DNA of 64,000 nucleotides from a virus: IMG/VR virus record IMGVR_UViG_3300025168_000053, positions 1 to 64,000 of that record; one strand, 5' to 3'. Shown piece by piece: positions 57,463 to 64,000 of this stretch (position 1 is its first letter; each line of letters starts with the position of its first letter). The notes under the pieces were generated by a model. It saw only the letters and a program-made list of their open reading frames with translations, ran no database searches and was not told where the DNA came from. The position numbers and the translations under genes were made by a program.

Positions 57463-58891
57463 ATTCTTCATCCCATCTCTTTGTTAAGGCTTCAATTTCA
57501 TCTATGCTCACACAGTCATTGAGTCCCGCACGACTGGCGACACCTTTAATCACGCCTTGAATGTAAGCCCCGTAATCACCCCAACCAGATGAAATGACAT
57601 TGACATTGACAAATACGGGACTGTTCATTGAAACCTGTTCTCCTTCGATTATTTTGTGTGGATTTGTAAATCTCATCAATGACACGGTGGGATCAATATC
57701 AACAAGCCCCACATCATAATGCGAATCTCCATCTCGAACAGCGATGCGCCATTTGGAAAGAACAGGCCTGGAAAGCGGATTCTCTTTGACATATAGCCCT
57801 CCAACCACCATAAAAACGGATTTATGCACTTGCTCAATGTTCATCAACGCTGATTCATAGACCGAACTTTCGTATGTCAATATACCATTTGCATTCCACA
57901 GGATCACTGGTTGTTTAGTTCCAACGTGTTCAAGATAAAACGTAGCATCTTCAATTTCATTCATCGGTTTCAAAGCCCATTTGGGGCAACCGATCTTCTT
58001 ACGCCTCTTTTCAAATGGCATTGTTTCAACAGAAGGAGTAAGTAAATCAACAAACATCATTTCAATATCCCTGCCACTTGCATATTCGACAAGATAAATC
58101 CCCTCTTTAACGCCAGACGCTTCAACAATCATTTGTAGTGTTGAATCTTCATCATCAATCCTTTCACCTGCAACATTGAACAATCTTATGTCGTCTTTGA
58201 GAACGTGCAAGGTCATTCTTTCACCTTCTGGAATCTCCAAGTAAGTTCTTCCAAAAGGAATATCTCGAACATTGCATATCGTCGGTGATGGAATCACCAT
58301 CGGCATTCCTATGGCTGGCCTTAGAACATCGTGAATGCTTTCTTGACGTGATAACCGATCACACACTTTCTCTAAGCCAATCAAAAACGATGCTTTCCTC
58401 ACGTGCCTCATCAGCCCTCCATTAGCATGAGCCAATGCCTTTGTCACGTCATGCCTATTGATTGCCCCCTGCCTATTGCTTAAACGGTAAAAGAAGCAAA
58501 GAAGGTCTTGAGAGGTTATCCTTGAAAACAAAGGTCTTATCAGGCTTGCACGTTGAACATTGTTTTCGCATGATTCTAAAACAGAATGAGTCGTTTCAAA
58601 TACACGATCTATTATCGCAACGGTTTTGTTTGCTTTGGATAAATCGGCCAACATCGAAATTGGGTTGGGGTTCTCTTCGACTTCTTCTGGATAGAGATCG
58701 GTCAAAAGAAAATAGATTTCCCGTAAATCCTCGTCGGAGAGCCTATGCTTTGATGATGGGGCATGACACAGATATGCAATTTTCCATTGACTCAAAGGAC
58801 ACATCAAAAGCATATTTTTTATGACCTTTGATTTGTCTTTAGGTATTGCTTTGCATACCCGTATTGATTCGCTGAAAAGGCGATAGTTCAC
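57446..58891 (-). CDS. ATP-dependent DNA ligase homologue lacking the catalytic Lys
   Basis: Helical N-domain, IGMPMVI, LEIPEGERMTLH...IRLFN..GE, FVDLL..., MPFEKRRK, and an OB-like C-domain. Confidence 0.7.
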   Translation of the reverse strand: MNYRLFSESIRVCKAIPKDKSKVIKNMLLMCPLSQWKIAYLCHAPSSKHRLSDEDLREIYFLLTDLYPEEVEENPNPISMLADLSKANKTVAIIDRVFETTHSVLESCENNVQRASLIRPLFSRITSQDLLCFFYRLSNRQGAINRHDVTKALAHANGGLMRHVRKASFLIGLEKVCDRLSRQESIHDVLRPAIGMPMVIPSPTICNVRDIPFGRTYLEIPEGERMTLHVLKDDIRLFNVAGERIDDEDSTLQMIVEASGVKEGIYLVEYASGRDIEMMFVDLLTPSVETMPFEKRRKKIGCPKWALKPMNEIEDATFYLEHVGTKQPVILWNANGILTYESSVYESALMNIEQVHKSVFMVVGGLYVKENPLSRPVLSKWRIAVRDGDSHYDVGLVDIDPTVSLMRFTNPHKIIEGEQVSMNSPVFVNVNVISSGWGDYGAYIQGVIKGVASRAGLNDCVSIDEIEALTKRWDEEYGDTD

Positions 58892-58895
58892 GCCA

Positions 58896-59261
58896 TCACC
58901 TATTCAAGAAATCTTCAAACGATTGCTCATCAGGTATCAGTTCCAGAACAATACCTTTCGCCCAGTCGGTTTCAATCCATATCACGCTGTCCCTTCTCCG
59001 ATCTTGATTGAATGGTTTAGTTCGTCTTTGAATAACCGACATAGCGGCATCTTTCATGTCGTTGATTGAACGTCTGTTGCCTGTCATGTGTGCAATCAAA
59101 TAAACACAATCAACAATCAAAGACTTAGGAACTCTTGCTGCTTTCAAACGTGTTCGATTCCAAAGTTCGCTTACAAGATTAGCCGTTTCTTCTGGTAAAT
59201 CCAAACGTGCAACCATCTGTGCAATGATTTCATTGTGATGCTCAATCCAACGTTCAATCAT
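58896..59261 (-). CDS. Single cyclin-repeat TFB/TFIIB-like protein
   Basis: I..MVARLDLPEET...ELW...ARVPKSLIVDCVYLIAH..GNRRSINDM matches the TFIIB repeat pattern. Confidence 0.7.
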   Translation of the reverse strand: MIERWIEHHNEIIAQMVARLDLPEETANLVSELWNRTRLKAARVPKSLIVDCVYLIAHMTGNRRSINDMKDAAMSVIQRRTKPFNQDRRRDSVIWIETDWAKGIVLELIPDEQSFEDFLNR

Positions 59262-59547
59262 CATCCATCACCACCATTTCATCTGGCTCATCTTCCCAAG
59301 CATCATCATCATGTATGACTTCAACCAATTTATCAAGCAAAGCCCTTGCTTCATCTCTTGAAAGCATGAAGCCTTGTTTTGTATATCCTGTATATCCTCG
59401 AACAGATGGAACGACTCGATTCAATCTTAGATTCAATACTCTTGAATTGTATGCTTCACTTGTCATAACATGAAGTTCAAAACCAGGTGTGAACGATGTC
59501 GTGACGACACCAAAAACCCTCGATTTGAAATCTTTTTCATCGGCCAT
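59254..59547 (-). CDS. PC4/p15-like ssDNA-binding protein
   Basis: ELHV...Y..RVLNLR...TKQGFMLSRDEA..L. Confidence 0.72.
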   Translation of the reverse strand: MADEKDFKSRVFGVVTTSFTPGFELHVMTSEAYNSRVLNLRLNRVVPSVRGYTGYTKQGFMLSRDEARALLDKLVEVIHDDDAWEDEPDEMVVMDDD

Positions 59548-60077
59548 CATTCTTCCTCTTTCGCAATTTGTATTTTCTGTTGGTTTATTCGATAGCCTCG
59601 ATCATCAACAACAATGTGAACGCCTTTCAATGTCGGCTCTATTGTTTGTTCCTCTCCGCAACATGGGCAGGTCAATGATTCTGGAACTTTCACGTATTGT
59701 TGTGCTGGACTCAGTGATTCGACACGGAATACTGCGCCACACCGATTGGCGCACACTGATACCATGCCCACCAATTCATCAGGAATGTTGATTTCGCCAT
59801 CATTGTCAGTCGCCATGAGAACGGCTTCTTTTACCTCCCATCCTATGTTATCAGCGAGCGTCATAATCCAATGGTGATTGTCAAAGACCGATTGGCCGAA
59901 CTCATTTGTTTTAGGGTGTGAAAAGTGAATCTCTCGAAGAGTCAGTTCCTTAACGCCAGTTCGGACATAAGCACCAACATTCGGCAAAACCCATCGGCCA
60001 TCGCCAACAGATAGAGAGTTCCAAAGGTAATATGCCCATTCAATGTCTTCTTGATCGGGCGGTGGCATTTCAGTCAT
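59547..60077 (-). CDS. Hypothetical Zn-finger protein
   Basis: CANRC...CPCC, GGAGGTGG SD. Confidence 0.75.
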   Translation of the reverse strand: MTEMPPPDQEDIEWAYYLWNSLSVGDGRWVLPNVGAYVRTGVKELTLREIHFSHPKTNEFGQSVFDNHHWIMTLADNIGWEVKEAVLMATDNDGEINIPDELVGMVSVCANRCGAVFRVESLSPAQQYVKVPESLTCPCCGEEQTIEPTLKGVHIVVDDRGYRINQQKIQIAKEEE

Positions 60078-60216
60078 TGAACATCCACCTCCGACATTGT
60101 TTGCATTGAACTATTTGTTCGTGCTTTCCTGTAAATGGATTGAACCTCTTATCGGCCAATTTCATTTCATTCCCGCAATCAGGGCATTTGTGTATTTTGA
60201 TTGTGTAATCACCCAT
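60070..60216 (-). CDS. 48-aa Zn-ribbon protein (below cutoff)
   Basis: MGDYTIKIHKCPDCG...CKQC, GGAGG SD. Confidence 0.7.
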   Translation of the reverse strand: MGDYTIKIHKCPDCGNEMKLADKRFNPFTGKHEQIVQCKQCRRWMFND

Positions 60217-60339
60217 TTATTCTTCCTCCGATTCAAACCTGCATTTTTTAGTGGCAATATAAGTGCGACAAAAACGATAACCAGGGTGAGCATTCTCATT
60301 GCATTCTTTACGAATACATGGTCGAGAAGTAAGCCTCAT
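60217..60339 (-). CDS. 40-aa Cys-rich protein (below cutoff)
   Basis: MRLTSRPCIRKEC...FC...C, ATGA overlap. Confidence 0.55.
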   Translation of the reverse strand: MRLTSRPCIRKECNENAHPGYRFCRTYIATKKCRFESEEE

Positions 60340-60590
60340 TCCTCTTCATCCTCCAAAGTGTTTCTCACGTTGGCAGCAAAGAACCTCATGCCGCTTGAAT
60401 CAACATGAACACGTTCCCAACGCCATTCTCGTTTGTCGTTGTTTTGACGGAACATCAAATCCTCCACTAAGTATTTTTCAACATCCTTGAGTATTTGCTT
60501 TTTATCTAATGAAGAATGTATTCCGATCAACACCTCTCGCCAACCTGCATTGTTTGTTGGTGAAATCACAAGGTTTGGTTGATTGTTCAT
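60336..60590 (-). CDS. Hypothetical protein
   Basis: Coupled ORF. Confidence 0.6.
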   Translation of the reverse strand: MNNQPNLVISPTNNAGWREVLIGIHSSLDKKQILKDVEKYLVEDLMFRQNNDKREWRWERVHVDSSGMRFFAANVRNTLEDEEE

Positions 60591-60625
60591 CAATACAAAC
60601 AGGCTTCCATCTTCGGTTTCATTCT

Positions 60626-60883
60626 CTAAGACTTCAAATTGCGTTTGTATCTCAATCCCTCCTGTTGTTTCAAATCTTTAATTTTGATTATTCGAGTATC
60701 AATCTCATTCAAAGCATCGAACTGTTCAACGCCCGACAAATCTTTGAATCGTGCGCTGCCAAGAAGCATTCCACGATCCGCAAACAATTCAACAAGCAAT
60801 TCATCGTATGCTGAAATAAAGTTCTGGTGATCACTGAGAATCCTTGCGGCTTTTTCGATGTCACGCTTTACAAAAGGCCACAT
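60626..60883 (-). CDS. Hypothetical protein
   Basis: ORF in the co-directional block. Confidence 0.6.
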   Translation of the reverse strand: MWPFVKRDIEKAARILSDHQNFISAYDELLVELFADRGMLLGSARFKDLSGVEQFDALNEIDTRIIKIKDLKQQEGLRYKRNLKS

Positions 60884-60917
60884 TATCTTAACCCAAAGCG
60901 GTTCGGCAATTAAAGCC

Positions 60918-61223
60918 TCACTGTTCTTTAATCATATCTTTAGTGGTTATTGCATACCGATGATATGAGATATGCCAACGCTGATAAGCAACCCAACGTG
61001 CAATCAAGTTGATTCTGTTTTTAGGATATTTGCTGCCGCAATAAGGGCAATATCGGAATCCCTCTAAAACCCAATTGAGATCGACTGGATGGCCGCACTT
61101 CCAAAGTGCAGATATTTTGGCCGATGGTTTGCGTGGTCTTGCTTCTGGAATCTCAAGGACTGGGATAGGCGCAGGGGCTAATTTGTCCTGTTCCTGTTCC
61201 ATCCCTTCACGCCCAATCTTCAC
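60918..61223 (-). CDS. Hypothetical Zn-finger protein
   Basis: CGH...CPYCG. Start uncertain. Confidence 0.65.
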   Translation of the reverse strand: MKIGREGMEQEQDKLAPAPIPVLEIPEARPRKPSAKISALWKCGHPVDLNWVLEGFRYCPYCGSKYPKNRINLIARWVAYQRWHISYHRYAITTKDMIKEQ

Positions 61224-61830
61224 CTAAGAACGAACTATTCTCATCAAAAGTTTCATCTAACTGTATAGTCACAGGTATGCCCCTCAAATGTTGATCTTCG
61301 GCTTCTTCCTTATTCGACCATTCACAGGCTTCGCATTTATCCTCTTTCGGATTTCCTCTCCCGTCATTCATTTTAGGATGGCCGCACCATTGGCAATCTG
61401 TCACTAAATCACAAGTTCCAAAGAATGCGCCAGGGGTCATGTCGTATGATTCATCATCAGTTCTCAATTGGAAGTGTTTCTTCCAGTCAATGGCCGACCA
61501 AAGGATCGGCGTTGCTTCCCATCCTTGACTCGCAAACGATGAAAAGAAAATCGCACAATCAACGTGTTTAGGATTCATCATATCGAAGTTCGCTGATACG
61601 TCATCTTTTGAAATCCAGCCCCGAAAGCCGTTTTCATCAATGAATGCAATGGCACGTTCCTCATCAAGAGCATAGTGTGGCAAGTCCAGATACGGGATGA
61701 ATGCGATAACATCTCCTTTGCTTGGTCGAGCCTCGTATGAGCCTAAGAATTGGCGGCTTTCCCTGCATCGCATGAAAGACACCATGATCGGTGAAAGCGG
61801 TGCTTTCGGGAACTCAACAAGTGTCGCCAT
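61207..61830 (-). CDS. Hypothetical Zn-finger protein
   Basis: CQWC...CEAC. Confidence 0.7.
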   Translation of the reverse strand: MATLVEFPKAPLSPIMVSFMRCRESRQFLGSYEARPSKGDVIAFIPYLDLPHYALDEERAIAFIDENGFRGWISKDDVSANFDMMNPKHVDCAIFFSSFASQGWEATPILWSAIDWKKHFQLRTDDESYDMTPGAFFGTCDLVTDCQWCGHPKMNDGRGNPKEDKCEACEWSNKEEAEDQHLRGIPVTIQLDETFDENSSFLGEDWA

Positions 61831-61831
61831 T

Positions 61832-62125
61832 TCAATTCCTCATGGATGGTAGCATCTTCACTACACTTTTCGCTGGACCTGTTAGAATCAATAAGTCTTG
61901 CCCTTCATCATCAAAAGAAATCTCCCATCGAGATGTGTTGGTGAACTCCTTCTCGCCCTGTTCGTTTTCAAACCATCTTCTGGCGGGAATCATCCTCATC
62001 CATGAAGGCGGTTGCCCATAGACTGAATGAACCATGACCCACACTTTGTTTGCTGCGGATCGGGATTTAGGTTTCTTTTCATACGTGGTCATCTTTGGGC
62101 CACTGTTTTGCTTTGGTCGGTTCAT
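61832..62125 (-). CDS. Hypothetical protein
   Basis: GGAGG SD and ATGA overlap. Confidence 0.65.
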   Translation of the reverse strand: MNRPKQNSGPKMTTYEKKPKSRSAANKVWVMVHSVYGQPPSWMRMIPARRWFENEQGEKEFTNTSRWEISFDDEGQDLLILTGPAKSVVKMLPSMRN

Positions 62126-62292
62126 TCAACCGCCTCCAAAACACCTGTTCGCATCCATTCATCCTGTATCACACCACGAAGGGCTTCAATGACACCATCA
62201 CGGTTCACGACAGGCACACCATCTAAGGTTTCATCACATTCGGCCAATGAGCCGATGAGCCTTGTCAATTCACTAACCATCTCGTCGCTCAT
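62122..62292 (-). CDS. Small hypothetical protein
   Basis: Likely start MSDEMV just after the upstream stop (track start 62400). Confidence 0.55.
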   Translation of the reverse strand: MSDEMVSELTRLIGSLAECDETLDGVPVVNRDGVIEALRGVIQDEWMRTGVLEAVE

Positions 62293-62293
62293 T

Positions 62294-64000
62294 TCAAAAC
62301 CCCATTGCGTTTGAAAAATTGAAACCATCAATGTCTTTGGTTGCTTCATCGTTTTCACGTTGTAGTTCGACTTCCTCATCATGCGCTGCTTGAAGTCCAT
62401 AGTGGCCTTCTGGCATCACTGGATTGCCTGTGTATTCCGCCCAATGCTGTTCGGATGCAAACCAACGCTCGCCAATGGCGGTCATGGCAATGAACTTTCC
62501 AGGCTCGGCTGATACAACACAACGCCCATTCTTTCCTTCAATGGCTGCAATGGGGGTGTCGATCATTGGAACTGGCGTGAAATCACGTTCTTCGAGGCGA
62601 GCATACGTTTCAATCATCGCCTCAGCATTCATGGCCTTAATCATAGCATAGTCGGCTTCAATTTCAGCATCGGTTTGCTCAGGTGCATATTCTGGTTCAT
62701 CATCAATCAATGCCTCAAGAGGTATTGGATTGTCTGTGATGGCTGGAACGTTCTCAATGGGCTTTGCCTCATAGATTGCACGTTGAGCCGAGCGTTCATT
62801 TGTTTGTTCAAACCATTCATCATCCTCAGCCATACGGACAGCATGACATTCTTCACAAATCCAATCGGGGGCATCATCAACGGCTTGTTCCTTTGAGATT
62901 GGAGTTCCGCAATCAGGGCAAGCGTGGAGGGATGGATCGGTGTCGTCAGCCTCTTTGAGAACTGGCGCATCGTCATCAACGGTTGGCCCACCAAAGGGCA
63001 AATCCCAAGCCTCACTAACCCTGAAAGAGATTGGTCGGCCACGTGCATAACGACCCGTTGGGGAACGCTCACAAGTGATGAGAAGGCGGAGGTTGTCGTT
63101 CAAGTTGAATCCGAGTTCGGTCCAGCCGCCACCGTGAACATTGTGTTCAATGTGATCCTCAGCCGTAATACTTGCCTCGAATTGGTCCAACACTCGCTTG
63201 ATGGTTTGCACATGGCAACCTGCGAGTTCGGCAACATCCTCAATCGTGCGATTTGTTTCAAGCGGTCCGTCGTTGGAAAGCCAAAGAGAGAACATTTGCC
63301 ACTTGATCCATTCAGTGGGTTGCTTCTTGAAATTGTGTGGGTTTTCCACGATCTCATCATCCACAGGTGGCGTTGGGTCAGCAACAACAACCACCACTTC
63401 TTCAACGTCATCGGTTTGCGGGGAAGCAACCTCTATCGAAGCGGGTTCAGGCTCAGTAAGGGAATGTGATACCCCGCCAACCTCCTGTTCCTCTTTGGGT
63501 GTGGAATCGTTAGCCAACAGTGCATCGGCTCTTGCAGCGAGTAAATCAGCAGGTGATGAAATCGGCTCAATTGCGATAACTTCAACCTCATCTGGCTTCT
63601 CTTCGAGTTCTTGAACATCAATGGTGAAATGCAATTTTACGCTGCCAGCCGACTTGCTGAGGAATGTGCGCTTGAAGGATTCCATCATCTCGCCAACAGC
63701 AATTGGGTGGCGGAGGTCTGGAAGTAAGGATTGGTCGATCTTGACCCTGCCTTCATCATTGACTTGCATGGCATTGTTGATTGCTGCATTGATGCCCTCA
63801 GCCCATTTGTAAGCAATGGTTGGGTCGCCTTCGCACATATCAATGAGAACGTCAATATACATGCCAATCAACCATTCTCTCGGAATGATTGCAGGTGTGG
63901 CTTTGTCGCTCATACCCACTGGAATTGAAACCATCGCTTTGCTTTCATCGGTTGGTTCAACCGTGAACAATTGGTTGCCAACACGGATTTGAATATCGGA
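62294..64000 (-). CDS. Large acidic protein with HTH and Zn finger, 5'-truncated
   Basis: TIEDVAELAGCHVQTIKRVL (HTH) and CPDC...CEEC. The frame is open to the window end. Confidence 0.8.
   Translation of the reverse strand, partial: SDIQIRVGNQLFTVEPTDESKAMVSIPVGMSDKATPAIIPREWLIGMYIDVLIDMCEGDPTIAYKWAEGINAAINNAMQVNDEGRVKIDQSLLPDLRHPIAVGEMMESFKRTFLSKSAGSVKLHFTIDVQELEEKPDEVEVIAIEPISSPADLLAARADALLANDSTPKEEQEVGGVSHSLTEPEPASIEVASPQTDDVEEVVVVVADPTPPVDDEIVENPHNFKKQPTEWIKWQMFSLWLSNDGPLETNRTIEDVAELAGCHVQTIKRVLDQFEASITAEDHIEHNVHGGGWTELGFNLNDNLRLLITCERSPTGRYARGRPISFRVSEAWDLPFGGPTVDDDAPVLKEADDTDPSLHACPDCGTPISKEQAVDDAPDWICEECHAVRMAEDDEWFEQTNERSAQRAIYEAKPIENVPAITDNPIPLEALIDDEPEYAPEQTDAEIEADYAMIKAMNAEAMIETYARLEERDFTPVPMIDTPIAAIEGKNGRCVVSAEPGKFIAMTAIGERWFASEQHWAEYTGNPVMPEGHYGLQAAHDEEVELQRENDEATKDIDGFNFSNAMGF

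Larger units (their letters stand above)
1..64000. mobile_element. Head-tail archaeal virus genome segment (magrovirus-like, probably siphovirus morphology)
   Basis: TerL-portal-protease-MCP-tail gene order. Archaeal GGTGA SD sites, AEP primase, XPF nuclease and TFB-like gene. No sheath gene recognised and no host housekeeping genes. Confidence 0.9.

Noticed and set aside
1-64000. tRNA/rRNA genes, integrase, att sites, tail sheath, DNA polymerase
   Set aside because: None recognised. Intergenic gaps are mostly too short for RNA genes, and the polymerase may lie outside the window.

Overview
The whole window is a gene-dense stretch of a large head-tail (Caudoviricetes) virus genome. Archaeal-type Shine-Dalgarno motifs (GGTGA/GGAGG), TATA-like boxes, a fused archaeo-eukaryotic primase, an XPF/Hef nuclease, an MCM-like ATPase and a TFB-like protein point to an archaeal host. 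Gene order and the major capsid protein match what I recall of magroviruses (viruses of Marine Group II/Poseidoniales); I could not verify this by search. The + strand (1-43548) carries morphogenesis genes: terminase, portal, head proteins, HK97-type protease, MCP, adaptor, tail tube, chaperones with a -1 slippery site, a short tape measure and giant LamG tail proteins. The - strand (43549-64000) carries replication, recombination and DNA-modification genes. The most striking signal is a peptide tag, F-x-x-[ASTV]-W-x-[LMF]-[MI]-K, found in 8 unrelated small or accessory genes (6 exact copies, 1 with a one-residue insertion, 1 truncated), including a Dam-like methyltransferase. The tag ends in the same hydrophobic-x-Lys site that punctuates the head proteins, which suggests a capsid-addressing and protease-release system for modular cargo. 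Second, the genome holds several apparently dead enzyme folds: two ligases lacking the adenylated Lys, two degenerate LAGLIDADG domains and a DEDD-less exonuclease. Third, AGCT, GTAC, CTAG, CCGG and CGCG look strongly avoided in the segments I read. No tRNA, rRNA or CRISPR array was seen. All family calls come from motif reading by eye.
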